Source: Gemmatimonadales bacterium
GTDB lineage: Bacteria > Gemmatimonadota > Gemmatimonadetes > Gemmatimonadales > GWC2-71-9
Assembly (NCBI GenBank): GCA_039915645.1
Contig: JBDSMX010000145.1
Coordinates: forward strand, 1-62,331
Direction of reading: 5' to 3'
DNA length: 62,331 nt
In this document: positions 50,362 to 58,685 of the stretch, one piece after another
Numbering within the stretch: the stretch's first letter is position 1
How the letters are laid out: every line of letters begins with the position of its first letter
Notes under the pieces: generated by a model
What the model saw: only the letters and a program-made list of their open reading frames with translations
Told to the model about the DNA's origin: nothing
Database searches by the model: none
Made by a program: the position numbers and the translations under genes

Positions 50362-50397
50362 GACGCCCGCACCGATTCCGGTGTGGGCATCTTTTTT
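50362..50397 (+). terminator. Rho-independent terminator after tRNA-Ala
   Basis: GCCCGCACCG-ATTC-CGGTGTGGGC stem followed by T6. Confidence 0.8.
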
Positions 50398-50415
50398 GCC
50401 CCTCCCATCCCGCAT

Positions 50416-52005
50416 ATGTCGTCCGGACTCCTCGAACTCACCCAGAAGGCCACCACGCTCCGGTTCCCCCGGAGCAGTCGGGTGACCTATCCGGCCCCGG
50501 CGCCCGCCGCTCTCCGTTCCGACTCCGCAGTGGAGTCAGGCGGGGGGCGGGCGGGCGCTACCACTCCCCTTCAGGTCCTCCCCAATTCACGGGCGACCAG
50601 GGGGACGTCGGTTCAGGCGCTCAAAGAGGATCCGCCGATTGATGGTGTCCGGCTCTCGGAAGTGGTGAGTGCGCTCTCCTTTGCGCTCGACCTCACCGAA
50701 GGTCAGCCGATGGGGCACTCGGTGCGCACCACTCTTATCGGGATGCGTATCGGTGACACCCTCGGCCTCACCGACGAGCAGAAGAGTTCGCTCTACTACG
50801 CGCTGCTGCTCAAGGATCTCGGTTGCTCAAGCAATGCCGCTCGGCTGACCTCGCTCTTCGGCGCCGATGACCGGCTCCTCAAGCACGCGCACAAGCTCAC
50901 CGACTGGACCGCCGGCTCGGATCGCGCGAAGCTGGCCTTCAAGTTCTCGGTGCCGGGAAAGTCGAAGCTCGCGAAGGCGTGGCACATGCTGATGCTCGGT
51001 GTGAATCAGCGCGGCAGTGCGCACGAGATGATGCAGCAGCGCTGCGAGCGCGGCGCCGATATCGCCACTCTGTTGCAGTTGCCACGCGGGACTTCCGAAG
51101 CGATTCGCACGCTCGATGAACATTGGGATGGCAACGGCCTGCCGTTCGGTCTCCGCGGCTCGGGGATTCCGATGCTCGGTCGTATCGTTTCGCTGGCGCA
51201 GACCGTCGAGGTCTTCCAGAACGCATTCGATGTGCGCACCGCCTACGAGATGGCGCACGCCCGGCGCGGCCGCTGGTTCGATCCTGTCCTGGTCGATTGC
51301 CTCGATGCATTCCAGATGGACAGCGATTTCTGGAGCCGGCTGCGCACTGCCGATACCCTCAAGGCCGTCAGCGCGCTCGAACCCGAAGACCGCGTGATCG
51401 TGGCCAACGACGAGCGACTCGATACCGTGGCCGAAGCATTCGCGCGCGTGATCGACGCGAAGAGCCCGTACACCGCGCAGCACTCACAGAATGTGGCGTC
51501 CATCGCCGTCACGGCCGCGAGTTCGATGGGAATGGTTGACAAGGACATGCGCACCCTCAAGCGCGCCGCCCTGCTCCACGACATCGGCAAGCTTGGTGTC
51601 AGCAACACGATTCTCGACAAGCCGTCGGCGCTTGATCCGGTGGAGTACGAGACGATGAAGCAGCACACGCGCTTCACGCTCGAGATCCTCAAGCGGGTGA
51701 CCCGCTTCCGTCAGTTCGCCGCCACCGCGGCAGCACATCACGAACGGCTCAATGGCGATGGCTATCACCTCGGCCTGCGCGGCGAAGAGCTCGGGCCAGT
51801 GGCTCGAATGATCGCTGTCGCCGATGTCACCGAGGCGCTCTCCGCCGACCGGCCGTATCGCGCCGGGATGGCCAAGGAAGAGACGTTCCGGATTCTCGAT
51901 CGTCTGGTGGCCGAAGGGCACCTCTGTCCGGCGGCGGTCGAGGCGGTTCAAGGGACTTTCATTGGGCTTCCCTCCAACGCTGTCATCCTGAGCGAAGCGG
52001 CCTGA
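50416..52005 (+). CDS. Tandem HD-GYP domain protein (cyclic dinucleotide phosphodiesterase-like)
   Basis: First domain degenerate (LLKDLG, EHWDG.GLP); second has LLHDIGK, HHERLNG.GY, DRPYR; start approximate. Confidence 0.88.
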   Translation: MSSGLLELTQKATTLRFPRSSRVTYPAPAPAALRSDSAVESGGGRAGATTPLQVLPNSRATRGTSVQALKEDPPIDGVRLSEVVSALSFALDLTEGQPMGHSVRTTLIGMRIGDTLGLTDEQKSSLYYALLLKDLGCSSNAARLTSLFGADDRLLKHAHKLTDWTAGSDRAKLAFKFSVPGKSKLAKAWHMLMLGVNQRGSAHEMMQQRCERGADIATLLQLPRGTSEAIRTLDEHWDGNGLPFGLRGSGIPMLGRIVSLAQTVEVFQNAFDVRTAYEMAHARRGRWFDPVLVDCLDAFQMDSDFWSRLRTADTLKAVSALEPEDRVIVANDERLDTVAEAFARVIDAKSPYTAQHSQNVASIAVTAASSMGMVDKDMRTLKRAALLHDIGKLGVSNTILDKPSALDPVEYETMKQHTRFTLEILKRVTRFRQFAATAAAHHERLNGDGYHLGLRGEELGPVARMIAVADVTEALSADRPYRAGMAKEETFRILDRLVAEGHLCPAAVEAVQGTFIGLPSNAVILSEAA

Positions 52006-52029
52006 AAGGGCGCGAAGTCGAAGGACCTC
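51980..52029. repeat. REP-like repeat, module B copy 2, overlapping the HD-GYP 3' end
   Basis: CTGTCATCCTGAGCGAAG-(20 nt extra)-TCGAAGGACCTC; encodes VILSEAA-stop. Confidence 0.8.
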
Positions 52030-52050
52030 GTTTTCGCGCTGCCCAACCCA

Positions 52051-52123
52051 CCGAACGGGCGGGCGCGTGAACGGCGCCCGGAATACTGGTCGTGCCGCGC
52101 TTGCGCGGCACCGGTCTCGCCCC
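52051..52123. repeat. Palindromic dispersed repeat, module A copy 2
   Basis: CCGAA..CGGGCGC.TGAACGGCGCCCG...GTGCCGCGCTTGCGCGGCACCGGTCTC shared with 47386-47458. Confidence 0.85.
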
Positions 52124-52393
52124 CGAATTGAGTCTACTCGACCCGGCGGGACGGGAGCCGTTCTCGTCGTATCGGATCCACGCGCCATCGATTCGCTCGC
52201 AAATGCCTCGCGAATCGCCGCCGCCGCAGGAGCGACGGCTACTGGCGCGCTCCTACCGATGCGACTGCGAACGACCCCCGTCCCTTGGTTGCCCGGGCCG
52301 TCTGCCGGGATTGCCCACCGAGCGCGATGCCTTGCCCCCTCACACCGTTCAGGGCGACGGGGCAGCCCCCCAGTCCCAATCCGAACCGCGATA

Positions 52394-52422
52394 TTGCCCC
52401 CCGGCTGGCTCGGTTTTAGCTT
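52394..52422 (+). promoter_or_regulatory. Putative sigma70 promoter of tRNA-Gln
   Basis: TTGCCC-17 nt-TAGCTT; same -35 hexamer as the tRNA-Ala promoter. Confidence 0.5.
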
Positions 52423-52439
52423 ATCCCTCCCAGTAGCGA

Positions 52440-52512
52440 TGCCCTGTGGTGTAACTGGCAACACGTCTGCCTCTGGAGCAGAAGACTCCTGGTTCGACCC
52501 CAGGCGGGGCAA
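52440..52512 (+). tRNA. tRNA-Gln(CTG)
   Basis: TGCCCTG/CGGGGCA acceptor (U1-A72); anticodon arm TCTGC-CTCTGGA-GCAGA; CCTGGTTCGACCCCAGG T-arm. Confidence 0.95.
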
Positions 52513-52539
52513 TTTTCCAAGTAGTTGAGCCGTAAAAGG

Positions 52540-52572
52540 TTGGCCGTTCAGCGATCAGCGCTGGGCGGCCAA
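52540..52572 (+). terminator. Hairpin downstream of tRNA-Gln
   Basis: TTGGCCGTTCAGCG-ATCAG-CGCTGGGCGGCCAA (with G:U pairs), TTTT shortly after. Confidence 0.6.
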
Positions 52573-52580
52573 TCGGCGTT

Positions 52581-52602
52581 TTGGGGTAAGGTTAGGGTAA
52601 GG
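52581..52602. repeat. 11-bp tandem direct repeat, possible integrase arm-type site
   Basis: TTGGGGTAAGG-TTAGGGTAAGG about 70 bp from the tRNA 3' end. Confidence 0.5.
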
Positions 52603-52702
52603 AGTGCCAATTTCGTGGGTGCGGCTTTGCGTTTGGGTTGGCCGGGCCCAGACGGGGCCTACCGGATCGATACTCTAGGCTGGTTTGATCACGGAGAGGA
52701 CA

Positions 52703-53182
52703 GTGAAGGCAGAGCTCGTTATCTCGATGGTGGGTGCCGCCACAGGGCTTTGGGCCCTCCGCCTAGCCGTCCTCTCCCTTCGCGCTTCATCGCGAGAGGC
52801 GCGCCGAGGGAATTTGCTCCAGGAGCGGATGCTCGCATTGGAGATCCGCAGGGAGGCAGTTCAAACTCGCCAGGGCAATTCTGCTCGTCTGATTGCAAGG
52901 CTCACCCCTAGCGTAGCCGGCTCGCATCGATCCCTCGTCATCAAGAACCTAGGCCAAGCTACGGCTGCTGACATCGTGTTGCGGATGGATGGGACGCCGA
53001 TCCGGGAGCACCCGGAGCATCTTCGCCCGGATCAGGAGATCCCTCAGCTCGGGCCCGACGCCGAATTTGCCTATCAGCTTTTCATTACGGCATCCAGCCC
53101 CACCAATGCGCGGACGGTTGAACTCACTTGGACAAATGCTGACGGAACGAACGGTATTCACATGACGACCATCCAGCCCTAG
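52703..53182 (+). CDS. Hypothetical protein: N-terminal TM, coiled segment and Ig-like beta domain
   Basis: GGAGAGGA RBS before GTG 52703; hydrophobic N-terminus; LVIKNLG...A.DI motif. Confidence 0.65.
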   Translation: MKAELVISMVGAATGLWALRLAVLSLRASSREARRGNLLQERMLALEIRREAVQTRQGNSARLIARLTPSVAGSHRSLVIKNLGQATAADIVLRMDGTPIREHPEHLRPDQEIPQLGPDAEFAYQLFITASSPTNARTVELTWTNADGTNGIHMTTIQP

Positions 53183-53223
53183 CAGGGCTCAGAAGCTGCA
53201 TAGCCGTCGATTTCAGGGAGCTT

Positions 53224-54336
53224 ATGCGAGTCATCGTGTTAGGTGCGGGGGCATCCGTCCACGCCGGCTATCCTCTCGCGTCGGAGTTGCTGGCAAAAGT
53301 CGAAGAACGTGCGAAAACTTCGTCCTTTGGCAACCTCGGGGATGCCTGGAGTAGATGGGTCGAGTTTCGAGACGGTTGTCCCGAGAGTCTGCAGCTGGTT
53401 GTTCGAAATAACAATCCGGAAATTGTGCTCACGCTTCCCACGCTACTCCAGGCTGCGGCCGACTCCGAGGACGCATCTCGTACGCGAGCGGCTGTCAAGG
53501 AAGCTCAAGCCCATGGGGTTGATGGCCCAGCCCGAACGCTTGAGGAATATTACGCGTCCGCTAGCCGAGATTTCCTTTCACGCGCGAAGATTGGATTGGC
53601 CCACCTGCTTCATGCACTTGACTTGTATTTCCTTGATCATCACGTAAGCGATGGGCATGACGCTCCGGTTCGTGGCCCGTTGACTCGGCTATTAGAAGAG
53701 CTGGAGCCAGGCGATGCTGTAGTTACTCTGAACTGGGACACTACGGCAGAGCGAACATTGTGGGAGTTGGGCAAGTGGAGTCCCCTGGACGGGTATGGAT
53801 TCCAAAAGCGGCTCCTTGTTCGATCCGCCGCTGACGTCGAAGGTCCGGTGCCTGCAACTGCTATGGCGAGTCCCGTCAAGGTTTTGAAGCTGCACGGTTC
53901 ATTCGGCTGGTATCAGGAGGACTCCGAGATCCTTTTTGAGAACGCTATTTACCTCGACGCTTTCAGGTTTGCTTCTGCAGGTCAACTTGTGCCGCTTCTC
54001 GATCCGGGCTTTGGGGTATCTCGCTATCAAGGAGACCACCTGCTGATTACGCCAGCGTTCATCAAGAATTTGACTCATCCTGCTCTAATTGCAATTTGGG
54101 GTGGAGCGAGCGAGGCTCTCGGATCCGCAGATCAAGTCGACGTCTGGGGGTATAGCCTCCCAGATGCCGACGGGGCCGCGCGCGCGTTGTTCCTACCGCT
54201 GAGGGAGAGAGTGCGCACCGGAACAACTGAGGTTCGGATACATGACCCGAGCGAAGGCACTCGTGACCGATGGCGGGCACTCCTTGGTACAGGAGTCACG
54301 ATGCTCAATGAGTCTTTAGGCCGCGATGTGGAGTAA
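53224..54336 (+). CDS. Stand-alone SIR2-like (SIR2_2) protein, putative NADase
   Basis: VLGAGAS, TLNWD, LKLHGS, WGYSLPDAD. Confidence 0.85.
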   Translation: MRVIVLGAGASVHAGYPLASELLAKVEERAKTSSFGNLGDAWSRWVEFRDGCPESLQLVVRNNNPEIVLTLPTLLQAAADSEDASRTRAAVKEAQAHGVDGPARTLEEYYASASRDFLSRAKIGLAHLLHALDLYFLDHHVSDGHDAPVRGPLTRLLEELEPGDAVVTLNWDTTAERTLWELGKWSPLDGYGFQKRLLVRSAADVEGPVPATAMASPVKVLKLHGSFGWYQEDSEILFENAIYLDAFRFASAGQLVPLLDPGFGVSRYQGDHLLITPAFIKNLTHPALIAIWGGASEALGSADQVDVWGYSLPDADGAARALFLPLRERVRTGTTEVRIHDPSEGTRDRWRALLGTGVTMLNESLGRDVE

Positions 54337-54434
54337 CCAATTCAGGCGTGGGGCCGCAGCCGCACCCCCTGCAGGAGCGGGTCGCCACCGGTCGATCGAG
54401 CCTATCATCTCAACAAGAAGTCGGAGTCAGACGG

Positions 54435-55106
54435 ATGGCCCAGCTGGTTATTAAGGACCTACCAAGTCGACTTGTCCGAGCCTTTGCCGAACGCGATCAC
54501 GCCGCGGCGATGGTCGCTGGGCGCATCCGGCTCAGGTCCATACGTTACTACCGCGAGATTGAGGACGAGGGGCGTAGAGACTCAGATGAGTCCGTTGGTC
54601 GGTTACGAGTGCCGGCGGATGTGCAGCGGGTTGCAATTGATTTAGACGGCGGTCTCCCTCGCGATCTTGGAGCTACTCCAGGTCATCTAAATCTCGCGAC
54701 GGAGTTCCTAGATCCGACCTATTTGGTCTGTTGTTCGGATGCTTCGGCCGGTGTTTCCAGCGGAATTGTAAAGTTCGGAGACTTCTTAGTCGACATCTTC
54801 AACCCCAAAGGATTCTCCGAGGCTGTGCTAGAGGCCGCTGGGCGCTCGTCGCTCGGCGGGCGCGGACTGCATTTTGTGGACGCCTTTCCTGTGGAATACA
54901 CCAAAGGAGATGTTGGTGCTGCGCCGCTCGCCGGTGCGTCGATGAGGCTTTCGTATGGCCAAAAGCCTCCGTCCTTCGCTGATGAGAAGGAGTTCCGATT
55001 GGCAGTTGTGGTTACTGGGGGGCTTCGGGATGCACCAGAATTCATCGACCTGACGTTGGAAAATCCTCGGGAATATCTGCGCCATTTTGAATCGCCACCC
55101 GCATAG
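54435..55106 (+). CDS. Hypothetical protein, DUF2971-like
   Basis: YLVCCS, VEY, K...F.DEKEFR pattern; family call tentative. Confidence 0.5.
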   Translation: MAQLVIKDLPSRLVRAFAERDHAAAMVAGRIRLRSIRYYREIEDEGRRDSDESVGRLRVPADVQRVAIDLDGGLPRDLGATPGHLNLATEFLDPTYLVCCSDASAGVSSGIVKFGDFLVDIFNPKGFSEAVLEAAGRSSLGGRGLHFVDAFPVEYTKGDVGAAPLAGASMRLSYGQKPPSFADEKEFRLAVVVTGGLRDAPEFIDLTLENPREYLRHFESPPA

Positions 55107-55318
55107 GCTATGAGGCCGATTGGTAGTTCGTGAATCACCCGGCTCCGCGAGCACTGACTCGTCAGCGCTGAGCGGGATGAACGAGCCGGTCCCTCGCAGA
55201 GCAAGATGTTAGAGTCCTCCATCGAGTTGTCGCTGCTCGCGTGAGGATCTAAGTAGAGTGCGCAACGGACCGTGATTGATTGGGATTGCACCCAGTCCTA
55301 GGTCAGATCGGAGGCTCC

Positions 55319-55999
55319 ATGGATCATCTGAAGCTGTTGGCTAGGTTGAGGCACCAAGAGGACAGCCTAGTAGAGCGGAAACCCGAGGGAGTCAAAGCGG
55401 GCGAGATTCGCGCCACGGCGTGCGCGTTTGCCAATTCTGTTGAAACCGAAGGCACGGCCGTGCTGTTTCTTGGTGTGTCGAACGACGGGGCCATGCTTGG
55501 TGTAACCAACGCAGATAGTCTTCAGAAGACCATTCGGCGACAGCTCTCTTCAGAGTGCTATCCGCCGATAGCATACCAAGCGTACGTGCTCGAGGAGGCG
55601 GGGAAGGCGATCGTCGCAATTGTGATTCCCGCCAGCGCGACGCGCCCTCACTTTTCCGGGTCCGCTTTCGTACGCACCGGATCGCAAAGTGTCAGCGCAA
55701 GCCCTGAACAATATGAACGGCTCATTGCGTCGCGAAACACCGTCGCAGGTGCCCTCGGCCGGGCGATCGGGGAGACATGGACAGTTGTGGCCATCGGGAA
55801 GCGACTAGGAGATACGAAGCCGATTCAACAGGCGTCGCATCGCGAGTCGCTCGCATGTAGGATAGTCGACGTGAATGCCCATTTTGTTCGTCTGCACGAC
55901 CCAAGTTCAGGAACGAATCTGACTGAAGTGCTCGTTAGGGCCGAACTGTCGTTCGATGAGAAGCGGCATCGACGAATGCTTATCGTACGGGGTTCCTAA
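55319..55999 (+). CDS. Schlafen/AlbA_2-domain protein with small C-terminal domain
   Basis: EDSLVERK, CAFANS, LFLGVSNDG..LGV, RPHF...FVRTGSQS; GGAGG RBS. Confidence 0.85.
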   Translation: MDHLKLLARLRHQEDSLVERKPEGVKAGEIRATACAFANSVETEGTAVLFLGVSNDGAMLGVTNADSLQKTIRRQLSSECYPPIAYQAYVLEEAGKAIVAIVIPASATRPHFSGSAFVRTGSQSVSASPEQYERLIASRNTVAGALGRAIGETWTVVAIGKRLGDTKPIQQASHRESLACRIVDVNAHFVRLHDPSSGTNLTEVLVRAELSFDEKRHRRMLIVRGS

Positions 56000-56089
56000 C
56001 CAATCCGCGCGAAGCACTCTGTCCCACCGCTGCGGGCAACTGTAGTCTTGCTTGGCGTGCCATGGCCCAACCTTGCGAGGGGCCTCTCC

Positions 56090-56755
56090 ATGAAGCTCAA
56101 AGATTACTCTCCACTGACATGGCTATTCGAACGTTCTTTTAGACTCCTGGAGTGGCTGCCACCCTCGAACATTGCAACTGCTATACACGGCCGCCGTTCA
56201 AAAATCTCATCTGCCGCGCTCCTCGATCCGAAGCAAACGGCGATTCGAGCAAGAAGCGTGGAGCGGTTTCTGATGGGTTACTTCGGGTGCGACCTCCTCG
56301 GGTTCGGCTCGATGTTCTCAAGCGTGCCCTGTTTTCGGCTGGCCGGGGCTGCTTGGGCGGTTTTGCGAATCACCGCCATCCTCCAAGTGACCATGAACGT
56401 CGCGCTTTTCGATCGACTGCGAGGCCGGACAGACAATCGAATTGCCTCGCTGTCAAGGATGGTAGTTCTCGCGTTTCTGAATTTTGGCGAGTTGCTAGTC
56501 TGCTTCGCAACGATCTATTCCTTCGGCCTTTCGCTGCTTAGCAATGCAAGCGATCCGTGGGATGCTCTGTATTTTAGCGTCACCACTCAGCTCACAATCG
56601 GCTACGGTGATATCACACCTACGGGAGTCCTCCGGGCGGTCGTAGTTTGTCAGGCGTTGAGCGGCCTTGTGTTCGGCGCTCTGGTATTTGCCAGATTTGT
56701 CGCAGCGCTCCCGCCAATCACGGAAATCCTTTCACCAGAAAGTGACGAGGAGTAG
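56090..56755 (+). CDS. Potassium-channel pore (Ion_trans_2) membrane protein without RCK domain
   Basis: DALYFSVTTQLTIGYGDITP selectivity filter flanked by TM helices. Confidence 0.85.
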   Translation: MKLKDYSPLTWLFERSFRLLEWLPPSNIATAIHGRRSKISSAALLDPKQTAIRARSVERFLMGYFGCDLLGFGSMFSSVPCFRLAGAAWAVLRITAILQVTMNVALFDRLRGRTDNRIASLSRMVVLAFLNFGELLVCFATIYSFGLSLLSNASDPWDALYFSVTTQLTIGYGDITPTGVLRAVVVCQALSGLVFGALVFARFVAALPPITEILSPESDEE

Positions 56756-56759
56756 TCGG

Positions 56760-56840
56760 CCAGCAAATGGTTGGAACGATACTTCGATCGTCGATTCGAA
56801 CGATTCTTCCCCAATGCGCTTAAGCTAGCCTCCGTTAGGC
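56760..56840 (+). other. Possible degenerate attC-like site
   Basis: Imperfect palindrome right after a stop codon, ending in GTTAGGC 29 nt before the next ATG; no intact RYYYAAC. Confidence 0.3.
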
Positions 56841-56869
56841 TCGCACTCTCCTGCCCTTTGGACGGTACC

Positions 56870-57745
56870 ATGGACGACGAACCAGGAACACTAGCCGGAA
56901 TCCAGTACTCAGGACTGCCTGGAGTTTCGAAAGAGTGTGTCCGAGCCGTTCTCCGGCTGATTCAATTTGGTGATCACATTTCGCGGGCGAGAATCTTGTC
57001 GTGCGCTAACCGCCATTCCTTCCTGCTAACCATCAATGCTGGTGACTTGATTGCAGTTAAGTCCGGGTTCGGCTCCGGATATGCTGGGGAGGGCGCGTAC
57101 GCCTTGTCCTACGTCCTAGATCTTCTGGACGCCTATTCGGTAGAGATCGAAGAATACGATGTGGCAGACGAGGTCCTCGAGCGTTTGGACAGATCGGGCC
57201 TTACATGGGGTGACCTCCAGGCGATCGACGACTCCCAGTCTCTTTCTCCCGCTCGATGGTACGACTATCAGTTACCGAGTTCAGGTGGTCAGATTGGCGG
57301 CAACTCGCTCTGGAGTCGATTTCCGATGGTGGTGCCGTTCGCGATTCTCGACCCCAGGCTTGAGGATTTGGCTAAATCATTTTCGTCCCAACCCGATCAG
57401 GCGCTGCTGGTAGGCTATCGGCGGCTCGAGGATCTGGTTCGAGGTAGGACTGGGTTGGAGGATTCAGGCCAGAAGTTATTCTCCCAAGCATTCCTCGGAT
57501 CGACACCCCGACTCACTTGGGATGTTATCGACGGCGCAGAGACGGGAGGAAGGGGAACGCTGTTTACAGCGACCTTTTTGGCCCATCGGAATCCGCGGGC
57601 CCACCGAGAAGGACAACGCGATTCACATTGGCAAGCCTTGGAGTTCCTGCTGCTCAATCACCTCTACAGATTGGAAGCTGACGCCCACCTTGTGCCGGAC
57701 TCGCAAGGCAACCGATTGGGTGAATCTCCTCGATCAGGGAAGTAG
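56870..57745 (+). CDS. TIGR02391 (Ymh) family HEPN protein with distinct N-terminal domain
   Basis: LED.VR.RTG...G.KL..QAF and HRNPRAH (RxxxxH); N-terminal VKSGFGSGYAGEG. Confidence 0.75.
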   Translation: MDDEPGTLAGIQYSGLPGVSKECVRAVLRLIQFGDHISRARILSCANRHSFLLTINAGDLIAVKSGFGSGYAGEGAYALSYVLDLLDAYSVEIEEYDVADEVLERLDRSGLTWGDLQAIDDSQSLSPARWYDYQLPSSGGQIGGNSLWSRFPMVVPFAILDPRLEDLAKSFSSQPDQALLVGYRRLEDLVRGRTGLEDSGQKLFSQAFLGSTPRLTWDVIDGAETGGRGTLFTATFLAHRNPRAHREGQRDSHWQALEFLLLNHLYRLEADAHLVPDSQGNRLGESPRSGK

Positions 57746-57748
57746 CAT

Positions 57749-58663
57749 ATGAACTCAGATTATGACGTGGCATTTTCGTACTTGGCGGAGGATGAAGCCT
57801 TAGCAAACACATTGTCCTCACGCCTGAGAGAGCGGTACTCTGTTTTCCACTTCCCGGAAGCGCAAAAGGAGATCGCTGGGCGCGATGGAATTGAGGTGTT
57901 CGGTCGTGTCTTCGGACGTGACGCACGGGTTTGCGTCGTTCTGTATCGTAGCACTTGGGGCCACACCAAATGGACACGTATTGAGGAAACAGCCATCAAA
58001 GAGAGGGCCCTGGAGCAGGGCTGGGAATTCCTGCTTGTGATCTCGCTGGATGGAGGCCAGTCACCCGTCTGGCTCCCGAAGACAAAGATATGGCTCGGCT
58101 ATGAGGCGTATGGCGCGGATGCCGCAATTGGGGCGATTGATAGTAAGATCGCGGAGGCGGGCGGTGTGCCGGTGACCGAGTCGCCCGGAGACAAGGCGCG
58201 CCGAATTGGAGAGCTCTCGGAACGCCGTCAGGCTAGAGAAGTATTTCTCGCGTGTTCTCGGGGGCTCGTCCTAGCGGGGGACGAAGTGCGCCATCTCCAG
58301 ACCCACTTGGAACGGCACGTGAGTGAGATCGTTCGCGCCCCGGGGATGGCTGGCGTGCGTTTCATCGGCGCTACGACCTCTGTCACGGCCGTTTCCTCGC
58401 CTGCTTTAAGTGTGAGCTTCGGCTGGCATACCCCGTTCCAATCCTCGTTGCACGACGCGGCATTGACCGTGCGATACTACGACGGTCTATATCTTCCTCA
58501 AGCCTACGGGGGTGGACCCCAGCTCATCGAGGAGCATGTCTACATATTCTCGCTCGGCAGTGATGATGAACCACAGTGGATGCAGCTGCACGACTCGCAG
58601 CTGATCTCAACCGTGGCTCTCGCCAACGCTGCACTTCATCGCATCATCGATGCCCTTGGATAG
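57749..58663 (+). CDS. TIR-domain protein with unknown C-terminal domain
   Basis: YDVAFSY..ED, CVVLY..TWG.TKWTRIE (candidate catalytic Glu), P.WLP. Confidence 0.82.
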   Translation: MNSDYDVAFSYLAEDEALANTLSSRLRERYSVFHFPEAQKEIAGRDGIEVFGRVFGRDARVCVVLYRSTWGHTKWTRIEETAIKERALEQGWEFLLVISLDGGQSPVWLPKTKIWLGYEAYGADAAIGAIDSKIAEAGGVPVTESPGDKARRIGELSERRQAREVFLACSRGLVLAGDEVRHLQTHLERHVSEIVRAPGMAGVRFIGATTSVTAVSSPALSVSFGWHTPFQSSLHDAALTVRYYDGLYLPQAYGGGPQLIEEHVYIFSLGSDDEPQWMQLHDSQLISTVALANAALHRIIDALG

Positions 58664-58685
58664 ACGTGGTCTCGGGAGGAAACGA

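Noticed and set aside
49840..50415. N-terminal extension of the HD-GYP ORF in the ORF track
   Set aside because: It runs through the photolyase start, tRNA-Ala and its terminator; the real start is at or after 50416.
52067..52911. ORFs 52067-52528, 52092-52436 and 52525-52911
   Set aside because: They overlap repeats, tRNA-Gln or its promoter, or the att-like region, and have no protein-like features.
53224..58663. Calling SIR2 plus TIR a Thoeris system
   Set aside because: The SIR2 has no SLOG/Macro sensor domain and is separated from the TIR by four genes.
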